DNA of 64,000 nucleotides. Source: Antedon mediterranea (lineage: Eukaryota; Animalia; Echinodermata). The notes beneath the pieces are model-generated. The model was not told where the DNA came from. It worked only from the letters and a program-made list of their open reading frames with translations, and made no database searches. Where the stretch lies: NCBI RefSeq assembly GCF_964355755.1, contig NC_092675.1:27872912-27936911 (forward strand), in the 5' to 3' direction. The translations under genes and the position numbers were made by a program. Positions 28,953-41,586 of the stretch are shown one piece after another (within the stretch, counting starts at the first letter, position 1; each line of letters begins with the position of its first letter).

Positions 28953-30282
28953 TTTTAAAATGTGTGTGTAACCCTTTTCAACGTACAATCACATTCCAGT
29001 CACCCCTGGAGGAAGATTATTGAAACCCTCACAGAGTTTACATGTTGCTGTTGGTGTCTGCCAGGCTTAGGACAATTTACCAATACCTCTTGCCAATCCC
29101 TTGTACACCTTGTTCCATGATAATGATTTAATATTCTAAGGATTGGGATTAAACAGAAAATATCAGTCGAGGGAAGAGTAACATAGAAGTAATAGCTGTA
29201 ACCAATACAATTATATTACCAGCTAAATGCAGACAGAAAACAGGAAGGTTGTCTACCAAGCTTAAAATACATCTGAGTTTGGATAAAAACTGTTGCAACC
29301 CCGTAGATTGGGGAAAACTTTTTAGCCATGTATACCTCAAACAGTTATGTGGAGTGTGAACGAGTAGTATTAATGAAAGGTGATATTGATCAAGATTTAG
29401 TTTGAATGCATTTTTTTCTTCATAAATAGACACAGACCTACATACTGATATAGAATATTAAGCATAGTATGTTTTAAAGATAGTATTTAATTATATGATT
29501 TTAGGATTTTTTACCTTGCTGTCCTGAGTCCTCATCAATATACCTTATTATTTAATTTATTTATTTATTTAAAACTTGTTTAATTAAACAGGGCTTGAAA
29601 ATCTCAAAATTGTATTCAAATATGATGACAATTTTATTGTCAATTCATTTATCTGGTTGAATATTTTTTTTATTCTTGATGCTTTTTTTTTAGAGTATCC
29701 AGATCTTTGGTGCTTCAAGTATTGTTAATTGATTTTTAAGACAAATAATAAACTTCCTAAATGTTAGAAATGATCGTAGTACGACTACAGATACAGTTGA
29801 TCTGTTATAAGATGATAAACTTCTTAGAATTTATTTGTGGAATTGTTGATAATGTATAGGTAAATATTATTTTAATATTAAATACACGTCAAAATTATAA
29901 TTAAAACATTAATTAATTAGATATTTTACTTATTAATAAATGGTTTTATAGTTATCGATTATACTATAGAAACATGTTGTCCCTCATTTCTCCTGGAATA
30001 TATATATATATATTTTTAATCTGTTCCTCGGAATGTAGTATGTTGGTATACAAGCCCTGTGTTATCGCTATAACAACCATGTAATTGTGTAGGTTAGCCT
30101 TGATTAAATTGAAATCAACCTTTGCTCTTTAACCTTTGCCCTTTTGTGCAATTTAGTGACCTAACATAAATATAGTAGCATATACATTGTTGCATAACAC
30201 TTATTTATATTATAAGGCAATACCATAGCACGCTGTAAACTGTTACCATATAGTAGAATTTAGATTTGTGTTGTTAGGTAAC

Positions 30283-30660
30283 ATAGACAGAACAGTAAGT
30301 ATTTAGGATCTACTGTTTGTACACACTCCCTCCTAATTTAATACCTTTAAGCATAGGTGCCAATTAAATGCATCAAGTGGCTCACATCATAGTATTTGGA
30401 GTAGTAGTAGGTACTGTATTATGGTGATTACTGGCTTTGGGAATAATCAGATATTGAAATTAGTATTCATATTCTACTATAGACAGAACAGTAAGTATTT
30501 AGGGCCTACTGTTTGTACACACTCCCTCCTAATTTAATACCTTTAGCATGTGTAACAATTAAATGCATCAAGTAGCTCACATCATAGTATTTGGAGTAGT
30601 AGTAGGTACTGTATTATGGTGATTTCTGGGTTTGGGAATAATAATATTGAAACTAGTAAT
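30283..30660 (+). repeat. About 196-bp tandem duplication in the inferred RapGEF 3' UTR
   Basis: ATAGACAGAACAGTAAGTATTTAGG... starts at both 30283 and 30479. Confidence 0.9.
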
Positions 30661-32633
30661 AGATGTTCACAATGGACCATGTGAAAATTATTCTACTGCA
30701 GTAAGTACATTTTGTTCCAACTTTAACCATGTTTATGCAATTTTATTGTATTGAAAGATTCATAAACTACTTTAAAACAAAATAAAATCATACGTTATTG
30801 CATTATAAAATATTTACTGCAGTAACTACAGTAGAATATTTTTGAAATGATCCTTTAATGGTAATTAGAATTAAGGGACAAATAGCCATGAAATAGCCAA
30901 TTAGAATTAAGGGACAAATAGCCATGAAATAGCCATATAATTTAGGGAAAAATATGTATACACAAATCAAGCAATTTCTAATTAAATAAATTAAAGGTAT
31001 TTTTAAATTATGCTGTAAGTAGTAATTGTACACTATTTATGATTTCTAATCTCTAATCCAAAATATGTTATTAACTCCAGTAGTAACTGCAGTGTAGTAG
31101 TACCAGGGTATAAATTATAAACAAATGTTGTACATTTAAGCCTTTATGAACAAGTATAGATAAATGTATTAAACCAATATCAACCTACTTACCGTATTAA
31201 TAGCAATCAACGGCTTTTATTATATGTCTATAGTGTATTGCTGATTGGTCTTATATATTTTTATGGTGTAACATTAGATGAAGCCTTCGTAAACCATTTT
31301 CCCACAACAGCTAATGTAAAAGCGTAAATGATATACTTGATTTTTTAAATGGACCTCATATCATCTCCATTTGCAATATGTATTTTAGTGATTGTTACAT
31401 TGTGTTTGTCCGTTATTGATACTTGAATTCAAAATTAAATAGATTTGTGTTTGTAAATTTGCTGGTAAGAGTTCAAGATATTTTCATTTTTATATACAAT
31501 TAAAAAGAATAATTCCAACTTAACATGTTAGAGTTTAGGAATATTTTCTAATGAATTGAAAATTTGCTACAAAATTGTTAGTAATTAATAAAATGTAGTA
31601 AATAATTTAAATTTGTTCAATATATGGAAGAAATTAATTTGGCCGTTGTTTTGATGGTAAAAATCAATTTTAAAATTTGTTAGCAGTTTGCTGGTCAAGC
31701 AGAGAGAATGTAGTCCTAGTTTTGTAACTGCAGATACCAAATTTTCAAGAAATAGTTTAAGAAAATTGAATGAATTTCTATGATTTAATTGACACAGTGG
31801 AAAATAATATTTTAATGTAAATTGGTTCTTAGTATTTCCATTTGGTATTATAAATTATTTTACTGATGATAATAATTGCCAGAAATCTTATATAATTTTT
31901 TTGTATTTTAATTAGTATAAAATATGTATAATGAATTAATATTGATATAAAATTGAACATATCAAATGCTATACTTGTTTACCTAGCCTTGCCAATTCTA
32001 TTTTATTCTATTTTTCTCAGTTTAATTTGATTTTAATCAATCTCCTATTAATAGTATTTTATTTGATTTACAATGATTTGTCTCGGATGTCGTTGTGCCC
32101 ACCTAATTAGTATGTGTTCTTAAATTTACTTTATATTACTGGTTATACTTGCTATACCTTGATTACTGTGTTTCTTTAATGTTTACATCTAGAATTTGTA
32201 TAAAAAAATATGTATATAAAGAAATATCGAGATTTATTCCAGTACATTGGTGAATTTAAAAAACTGTGTTTAATGATAGAATAATCCAGAATTTATTTCT
32301 TATTTACGAATACTATACTGTATATGTACATTGTATACTTGGTCATTTTTGGATGTAAATGTATATAAAAATAGTATCCAATGTATTTTTAGTGGTACGT
32401 CTATGTGCTATACAATGTTTGGGCCTATACCACTGCTCGATGGGCTTGATAAAAATAATTTGTTTTAATACTGTAAGTGGCCCATATACTATGGATATTT
32501 TAATCATGTTGTATTTATGTGTGGTTCTATGCTAGCTAACCTTTACACATTGTTTTAGTGTTGATATTTTGTACATAGTGGATCACTGCTGAGTCGATAG
32601 TTACAAATAGAAGAGATTTTGTTCTTCCAAAAA

Positions 32634-32687
32634 AATAAAATAAAAGTAAATCTAATTATGGTAGTTGATTTTTTATTTGTCTTTATT
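32634..32687. terminator. Facing polyadenylation signals of RAPGEF2 (+) and STOML1 (-)
   Basis: AATAAA at 32634 and 32639 on +; TTTATT at 32672 and 32682 (AATAAA on -). Strand composition flips from T/G-rich to A/C-rich here. Confidence 0.55.
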
Positions 32688-33754
32688 TTTTAATATTTAG
32701 TATGCATGATTTTAAGTAGAATTGTTGTACAATTGTCTTGAGCAATTTCAACACAAAATATATACAGCAAAGACCATATTATATAAATACACTATGGCTG
32801 CCACAAATTGTGGGAATCCTGCATCATTTACAGCAACATATTTGAAAATATTTTATTTTCCCCAAGTTCTACAGTACTGTACTGTATTTCTGAACAACAA
32901 AAAAACAAACAAAATTGAGTTGACATACAGTATGCATGTTCAAATATTTGATATCATTTAGGCTAAAAAATAGTCTACAAAAACAGAAGATTTCAAACAG
33001 TTTGTGAAATGTACAAATTGATTTTTTTCAAATACTGTTTCAACCTACCATACTATTGTCTATATAAAACCAAGGTGCTTTTTCCCTTCAATACATTACA
33101 TCAATATTCTTACCTCTTCTTAATTCTCACTAAATACCTATATGTTTTCAGTTATATTCTCCCCTCAAGAGTTAAAGGCCTATATCGGTTTATCCATGTA
33201 AGCTGGGCACAAAATAGACAACAATTATTCATCATAACTTATTAAATCATTTAATAATAATAACTTAATTTAATAAAATGAATTGCTTTAAATTCAATGA
33301 TGCATTACTCCTCGGTTGATTTATTTGCATCAAACACAAAATGTGATGTGCCCATATATGGAAATGATGATGTCATATCACTACCATATTTGGGCATATC
33401 ACACTTTCTTTTGTAAACGAGTTTGATAGTGTAAACAGAGCTTAAGGTTGACTTTTTAGAGGATTCAGAATTCAGTCTAACAGAACATTCTCAAAAACAA
33501 ATCAATTGAATAATATACTGTAATATTAACTGTATTTTATAATGCTATAGTAATATGAAACCCATATAATGACAAAGGTATTAACAATCTCTGGTAGATA
33601 ATGTGTCTACTTTCTGATCTAAGGACATACAGCTAAGTAATATTACCTAGTGTTTAATGGTTTTAATAGAAAACTTTAAAATAAATTACACTTTATAAAA
33701 GATGCGAGTGTTTAAAGCTAAACTATTGCACTTATTATACATGACTAAAACACA

Positions 33755-36700
33755 TTATAACTTCAATGTCTTATTCAACTCTTTCAAGACTTCTTCCAAT
33801 CTCATTGCAGCTGATCTGTCGCCCTCTACCTTCAATTGTCCACTCATGTACGCGGACATGACCTTCATTTGTCCTGACATTAGTCGTGGAAGATTAGTAG
33901 TTGATAGTTTGAGAATCACATCTGGTTCACCAATAGGAGGCTCTCCAGCTCCAGCATCTCCCAGTCCTTTAAAATAATACATTTAAAATATTTAGAAAAA
34001 TTAACTTTGCACAGTTTTCTAGAATATGAACATTAAAATGAATAAAACAAGATGTTTATAACTAAGCTATAGAAAATTGATGTGAACAGGGTAGGGACTC
34101 CAGAAATGGTGCCATATATCTGATATAGTTATTTAAGTTTTAAGTTATTTAATGACCTATAAGAACATATAAAATAAATATAGTTTTTTTCCAATTAACT
34201 CATTGTTAATGGCAATAAAATAAATAATTTCTTGGTAAATGTCTTTGGTATATACATTAATTGTCTAAGAATATGTTTTCATATTCTCTACATGTTGCCA
34301 CAAGATGCATGACCGAGTACGGAGTGTGAATTTAAACTGGTATATATTGATGCAGTAACTTCTCACCATACTATAGTATTGGGATGAATAAAGTTTTCTT
34401 GTATCTTGTATCTTGTAGTTACTTGCATTTTAAGAGAGTTCAGACTAGTTGTATAATATCGTAGTTTTTAAGCTTACCATTTTTCAGATCCAAAAAGTAA
34501 ATACCACCATTATCCCCTGTTAGGTTAAATTGATATACTGCCCCAACACTTCCAACCATGTATTCGTTCAATAAAGGTTTCACAGAGGCTAACAGGAGTG
34601 CAGGTGTGATAGAGGGCACCACTCTTTGTACATTCACCGTTTCGTTGCTATACGTGAAGGTTGTGTTCGGTTTTGGTTGTGTTGTTGGTAAAAGAATCGG
34701 TCGTGGTATTGGTGCATTGCTTAGACACATATTACCACCTGTTGGGGGAATATGATACATTTGGTTAATTTGTTAACACAATTCAACAGTCTCAATATGG
34801 TGCTGAAAAGAAAATCTTATTTTATGTTTAAATACAACAAACTGATTCTTTAATAAACATAAACAACAATAAAAGAAAAACAGGTGAGTTGAGCTTATGC
34901 CAACAGGTAAAGAAAAAAGGTGCCTGTCCACTTGGCCACATGGGTTATTAGAGAGCTTTTGAATTGCGATGTCATATCAATTTATTGTGCACATGTGGGG
35001 ACATTAGGACGTGCTTCCAGCAACATAGTTTTTGGTGGATTGTAGGTCCAGACAAAAGCCAATGATGCAATAGGTCGTAGGTCATAGTAAATCACATCCT
35101 CTTAACTGTGATAACTTACTTGATGCAGATGAAAACAGTTGTTCCATTATATTTTGCATACTGTTACTTGAAGGTGCCTCCTTCAACATAGTTATGTCAG
35201 ACCTGTCAAAAAAGGTTTGAGAAATTTGATTTTTTCTTAAAGACCCCTTCCCTGCAATTTTGGACGTTTTTTGGAAAATAATACATATATATCACTTTAA
35301 AAACATTAAACCATGTCATTCCTTGTCTTAAATGTACGTTTTATGGTAAATTATGATAAAAAGTGAGAAACAATGCACTACCTAAGTAGCTCGACCTCTC
35401 GTGGACGGTCTTAGGCCTAGCCTAGCTAGGCTTAGTTTTGTAGGCCTAGCTGGTAAACATCGATAACGTACGAACATCGTACGCTAGCTATATACCTAGC
35501 CTGACGTTGTATAGTTGCTGCATTAATTGTCTTTCTATTTTTGCCAGACTCCGTTGATACAAATTGGGGAAAACCCGGTATTTTCGCTGAAAAGTTAGGA
35601 GTCTTCCATTTGTTTTGGCTTCACGATCGATCGAAAAGTGGGCGAATTACAGGTGAAAAACCAAAATATCAATCCGCGCGCAATGCATTTTGGGATTTAT
35701 AGCGGGCCGCTATAATTATTAGAATCGATTTATTTTTCACATTTTTAACCGTTTAAAGACGAAAAAAGTTATCGCAATAGGACCATATAGTATTATTTTT
35801 ACATTAAATATAGTTTGTGATCTTAAATTAGATCTAAAAAACGTAGGGAAGGGGGCTTTAATAAATAATAATAAATGACAATGTACACACTGACAAGCAG
35901 TAACAGTAATAAAAATATAGAATCTATATTACCCTTTCTTTTTCAATTGCGGAGTGGACTGACGGTTCTGCTCAAGATAGATACAGATTCCATGTGGGAC
36001 AAGCTATGTTTCCGCTTACTGTTACAACTCGTCTGTATAAATTGGCCTTAACTAGTTTACTATGTTGCAGTAGTTTCCATAGTAACAACAATCATTATGC
36101 ATCTAGAATTGCCATATTTGGTAACATCAACACACTTACAGATCTACCCTGGATATTTCCACACCCCACATTTGGGTTACCACGTTCATGTCTTCAAGGA
36201 GCTGTTCACTTATATGCGCTTTCTCCGTCTCCAATTGCTGCGTTGTCTTTGTTGCAAGTAACTTCACCATCAACGAGTGACCCAGTACACGGGTGGAGTG
36301 GTTAAAGTCCTGTATGCTGTTAACAGAGCGTTTCACGTCAACAATACGATAATATATCGTAGCACCGACAGATATGCCTGCACCATCTCCAATCAGGAAC
36401 TAAAAAATAACAATAAATAATAAAAATATAAATTATTTAAATTTTACACTGATAAAACCTGATTATAAATTTGTGCCAAAATATGGTATTAATATGCTTA
36501 AATATGGTAGTGATATGACATCATCATGTCCATGGGCACATCACATTTTTTTGTCACATAAAGTTTGAGTGAAGACCAACCTGTTGTGGTGGAACATTGA
36601 ATGCTTTTGTCCTTAGGTCCACTTTTTGCCATCTATCAATGAGTGGTAGTATAATGATCGTACCAGGTCCTTTGAGTGGTTGTAGACGCCCTATACGGTA

Positions 36701-38259
36701 TACCACAGCTCTTTCAAAAGACTTAAGTGTCTACATTAAAACATAAGAAATGTAAATTGTACAATGATCATCTGTAAAATAATCATAGTAGTATTCTCTA
36801 ATCTTTTATTTAATTGAAAAACTACAAATAAACTCCTCCTATCTTCTAAATTGTATTTCAATTCTTTCAATGCTAAAACATTTAATTTACCTAACTTTTT
36901 AATTGAATATAAATAATTCTATTTAAAGATCTATATTGGTTCTTTATGAGTCATGCTTTTTTTTAAAGAATACTAATAGTTGACTATGCCAATTAATCAG
37001 AATTTGAATTACTGTGCATAATAATTTACTGCCGTCTTTTTGGCAATGCAACTATTTTAAGGTTGGCTTATTCTTAATTTAGCCCTGAAGATTGATTAAT
37101 TGTTTTCTGAAAGCTTGCCAAATTCTTTCTAGTGGTTTTACATAATATCTGAGCTTTGTTTTTGCTTATTTCATTTGTACTGTATCTCCATTGAGATTCA
37201 GCCACTGATACCCACAACACTGTCATTTCATTTTCAGTAATTGTCTTTGGGGTTATACTATACAACAATATACACAGCATACTGTATATTAATTAAAAAT
37301 ACTTTTACAGTTAAGCTGTGGTTTATCAATAAGATGTATTATTCATCAAAAGTACATTAACATCCTTCAATTAAATATTCTATTTCTCATTGTGAATTAA
37401 TAAAACTTTCTTTTATGTAGAAACGAAACAGAGATAAGAAAGATAAAATGTAAATAGCATAATGAAAATCAATAATAGTGATATTTATAGTGTATTGTAC
37501 AGCTAGCCATAAAAATACCCCAACCATATAATTACCATACTGTGGGTAAGGTTACTTTACTGGAAACTAGTGGTTTTTTTTTCAATTGTATGTAATTGTA
37601 ATTTGTCTTGTGTATCATGTTATTCTATTACAGGGCCTAGTAGTACTGTGTGGTGGTACAGTAAAATCAAATAAATAATGTATGTCTATGTCTTTATACT
37701 GTAGTAATAATAAATAAATAAAGATATTATTATAGTAACTCTTTTAATTACCTTTATAGAAAATGGAAAAGTAAAAATAACGAGTATATAGTTGAACACA
37801 ATGAGTATATAAGAACAGATCTTCGCTGCTAGTGGTTCATTAAAAGCTGTGAACAAAATTTAAATGGATTTTTAACTATTATTTATTATTAACAAATAAG
37901 TATTATTTTCAATCAAGTATATAACAACACAATGTTGTACATTGTTTAGGTGGTTAAATGTGTGTATTCAGTTATTATACTTAATTTTTAAACATTCCGT
38001 CTTCTGATAAGAATGACAAAATTTACTTGAATAAGATTTACGGTAACAGAATGAGGAAAAACGTAAATAAGATCCATGGTAACTTACTTCTCTCCTCCAT
38101 AATTTGAGGGTAGTAATTCTTGCTATAGGCAAAGGCTGACTCATAGTTAAAAGTTGAGTTGTAATCAAATGCCGAGTTGTAGTCAAAGGCACTGCCACCT
38201 TCTGAATCTAAGCTCTCCTGGCGTCTGTCACCTAAACGATTGTACTTGAAGGCAGCCAT
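33755..38259 (-). CDS. STOML1: Stomatin-like protein 1 (membrane hairpin + SPFH + SCP2 sterol-carrier domain), 7 coding exons
   Basis: Minus-strand coding exons 38259-38088, 37846-37752, 36730-36581, 36399-36140, 35202-35120, 34738-34478, 33966-33755, with matching phases. SPFH: FERAVVYRIGRLQPLKGPG...VDLRTKAFNVPP...WGVEISRVDL. SCP2: GAVYQFNL...YFLDLKNG...PDVILKL...AYMSGQLKVEGD. N-terminal YNRL fits a YXXphi motif. An acceptor at 38291 upstream of the ATG implies a non-coding first exon. Confidence 0.93.
35241..35857. mobile_element. Non-autonomous Kolobok-like element, copy 1 (STOML1 intron)
   Basis: TTAA|AGACCCCTTCCCTGC...GTAGGGAAGGGGGCT|TTAA. A TTAA TSD with AG...CT termini is the Kolobok signature, whereas piggyBac termini start with YY. 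Confidence 0.85.
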
Positions 38260-38327
38260 TGAATCTCAGGTATGTGTCTTCACAATCACATCTTTAGAAA
38301 AAACAATGAATATTTTTACATTAGCAA

Positions 38328-38958
38328 ATGGAACGCCCTAAATCATGAAACGCCAAAAAAGACAAAATATGTAATGTTCATTTCGGCCGCCACAGAATCG
38401 TCAATAATGTTAATAACGTATGGCACGCCTTAATTGTCAAAAAGGGTGTATACATGTGCCTATCGCCTGAATAGACGTGTGTAAATAACGACTTTATTTC
38501 ACAGTTGTTGTTGTGGGGGCGGGGAGTGGGGGGAGGTGTTGTAGGGCTCAGGAAGAAGCCGGCGAATGATATTGATAGTAAAATATTGATAGCGCAACTC
38601 CATACAAATCAAAAAGTATGATCGTTTTTATTATTGCTGTTTGAATACGCACGTCTATTCAGACAATAGGCACATGTATATGTTATGCGCAATTTGAACG
38701 ATTTGCGCAATTTGAAATTGCGCAAAAAAATCCTTGCGCAATTTGAAATTGCGCAAAGAATTCTTGCGCAATTTCAAATTGCGCAAGGATTTTTTTGCGC
38801 AATTTCAAATTGCGCAATCAACTTGCGCAATTTCAAATTGCGCAAGGAAATCTTTGCGCAATTTTAAATTGCGCTGCACAATTTGTAAATTGCGCAAGAT
38901 AGTTCTTGCGCAATATGACACCTTTGCGCAATTTGAAAACGAACTGTAAATTTTCCCA
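38328..38958. mobile_element. TTGCGCAA-array element, left copy or arm, interrupted by a nested MITE
   Basis: ATGGAACGCCCTAAATCATGAAACGCC... is the inverted counterpart of 39941-40232 and contains an array of TTGCGCAATTT(G/C)AAATTGCGCAA palindromes. Confidence 0.75.
38453..38676. mobile_element. Nested TA-flanked MITE
   Basis: TA|CATGTGCCTATCGCCTGAATAGACGTG...CACGTCTATTCAGACAATAGGCACATG|TA; absent from the inverted counterpart near 40110. Confidence 0.85.
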
Positions 38959-39082
38959 TACATGGCTAGGCTAGGCCTAGGCAGAGGAGTTTAAAATTTA
39001 GTATTTTATTATAAATAAATAAGACCATTTCAATGAAGATAATGTTTAATACTCACTTTTTAAGTTTTTAATATTAGTTTAA

Positions 39083-39708
39083 AGACCCCTTCCCTGCAAT
39101 TTTGGACGTTTTTTGGAAAATAATACATATATATCACTTTAAAAACATTAAACCATGTCATTCCTTGTCTTAAATGTACGTTTTATGGTAAATTATGATA
39201 AAAAGTGAGAAACAATGCACTACCTAAGTAGCTCGCGGCGATCGACCTCTCGTGGACGGTCTTAGGCCTAGCCTAGCTAGGCTTAGTTTTGTAGGCCTAG
39301 CTGGTAAACATCGGTAACGTACGAACATCGTACGCGAGCTATATACCTAGCCTGACGTTGTATAGTTGCTGCATTAATTGTCTTTCTATTTTTGCCAGAC
39401 TCTGTTGATACAAATTGGGGAAAACCCGGTATTTTCGCTGAAAAGTTAGGAGTCTTCCATTTGTTTTGGCCTCACGATCGATCGAAAAGTGGGCGAATTA
39501 CAGGTGAAAAACAAAAATATCAATCCGCGCGCAATGCATTTTGGGATTTATAGCGGGCCGCTATAATTATTAGAATCGACTTATTTTTCACATTTTTAAC
39601 CGTTTAAAGACGAAAAAAGTTATCGCAATAGGACCATATAGTATTATTTTTACATTAAATATAGTTTGTGATCTTAAATTAGATCTAAAAAACGTAGGGA
39701 ATGGGGCT
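39083..39708. mobile_element. Non-autonomous Kolobok-like element, copy 2
   Basis: Near-identical to 35241-35857 (9 bp longer), same orientation, TTAA TSD. Confidence 0.85.
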
Positions 39709-39940
39709 TTAAGCTAGGCCATGTAACCTAGTCAGTATCAGTAGTCCAGACCCTAGCTAGGCTAGAGTAGTATAGCCGGCCGCCCGCGCCGTGCCCGCCT
39801 GGTGGAACACCACCGCTTCGTTTTCCTTCGTCGGTTCTTCGACGGTATGCTAACTTATAACAATATTTGCACTACTAAAATAAGGAAATGCGATATTTAT
39901 CTTTAATTTTGAATCATTCTTAGAAATTACTATAAAAATA

Positions 39941-40232
39941 TGGGTGTGCATGATTTCACAATCTTTCGAAAAACCTTGCGCAATTTGCAGATTACTTGCG
40001 CAATTTAATACGTTGCTTGCGCAATTTGAAACACATGTTTCAATTCAAATTGCGCAAGGATTTTTTTTGCGCAATTTCAAATTGCGCAAATCGTTCATAT
40101 CGCGCATAACATATACAGCCTTTTTGACAATTAAGGCGTGCCATACATTAACAATATTGACGATTGTGGCGGCCAAAATGAACAATACATAATTTTGTCC
40201 TTTTTGGCGTTTCATGATTTTAGGTGTTCCAT
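39941..40232. mobile_element. TTGCGCAA-array element, right (inverted) copy or arm
   Basis: Reverse complement matches 38328-38450 plus 38679-38750. Confidence 0.75.
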
Positions 40233-40441
40233 AACCGGAGGCCGAAATGACTGGCGGCCGATATGCACTGTGGCTAGGGCCTAGTAGGCCTAGAAGTACT
40301 ACAACTAGGCCTAGGCCTTACTAGGCCTAGCCTACTAGCTAGGCCCTCTTTTTAGGCCTCATAGTCTAGGCCTTACTAGACTAGGCCTAGCCTACTACTA
40401 GCTCTAGTCTAGGCCCTTACTTAGGCCTCATCATAGACTTA

Positions 40442-41368
40442 CGCCCGTATTCTTAAACCGGACTTTAGTCGTAGTTCGAGCTAAAACTAAAAAAATGACG
40501 TCATTTTAATTCATAAACCGAACTTCAACTAAATCACCGACTAAATCAGGCCAACCTCGACTAAATCGAGACGGATTTTGATCGATTTTTTTAGTCCTGG
40601 AGGGGGCAGACTAAATGGTCGACTAAATGGTTTTTAAACGATGTTTATAAAAAACTTAACAGTCATTGAGTTGTTATATTGGCCAGATATTGAAGAATGA
40701 AATATCTATATTTATATTAGCTTAATTAAATATACATTGGTATAAATTATAATAATGAAAATCATCTTTATTTACAACTGTATACAAATTACATTATTTT
40801 CTTCGCGCAAGTCCGACTTGAGCTACGTCACGCCATAGCGACAATGGGAGATGCGGCAATTCACCACGCGATGGAATGTTTAGGGGGCCTAGCGCTTTCT
40901 TGTCACGCTATGAAGTGCGTGGTTCGTGGCGATCATACTTTGTTGGGGTCCTAGAAAATATAAAAGTTACCGTACCGCCATGGTTCCTAAATATATTTTT
41001 AAGATTTTATTTGTTGTTAATCAAATATACTTCACTGTTAAATTAATACTGATATTGTTCTAATAATTAACGATTAAAATTATTTTTCATGTATATAGTC
41101 CTGATGCGTAAAAAGTGTTGTAAGAAATGGAAAGTGATATCAATGCGCAAAATTTCGTCTGCTCCTCAAATACTCTCTTGTCATTGGCCAATGTATAGCC
41201 TTTGTTACCCAGACGTGTGCAACTCGACTAAAAGCTCGACTTCATTAAGTCGAACTGCAAACTTCGACTACTTCGTTTTTGAATCGAATTTGAAGTAATA
41301 GCTCGAACTACGACTTTTCCAAGTCGAACTTCGAACTACGACTAAAGTCCGGTTTAAGAATACGGGCG
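40442..41368 (+). mobile_element. 927-bp PIF/Harbinger-like non-autonomous element, copy 1
   Basis: TIR CGCCCGTATTCTTAAACCGGACTTTAGTCGTAGTTCGA with 3-bp TSD TTA. Confidence 0.9.
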
Positions 41369-41586
41369 TTAGTCTAGGGCCAGGCCAGGGCCTAGGCCTA
41401 CCTAGTCCTAGTTTATAATAGGTTAATGAATGGATAGATATTGTCCTACAATACAATACAATAGCTAGGCCTAACTAGCTAGGTCTAAAGAAGCAGTAAA
41501 GCAGCTAGCCTAACGTTTTATTTAACAAAAATTTTCACACACCAACCTCCCACCATATCTGAGCCTTCATATCTGATCAAAACAAA

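Noticed and set aside
34739-34802. Upstream STOML1 acceptor at 34802
   Set aside because: It gives stops in all frames; the acceptor at 34738 restores phase.
38685-38949. LRNFKLRK / AQFEIAQ repeat ORFs
   Set aside because: They are translations of the TTGCGCAA palindrome array.
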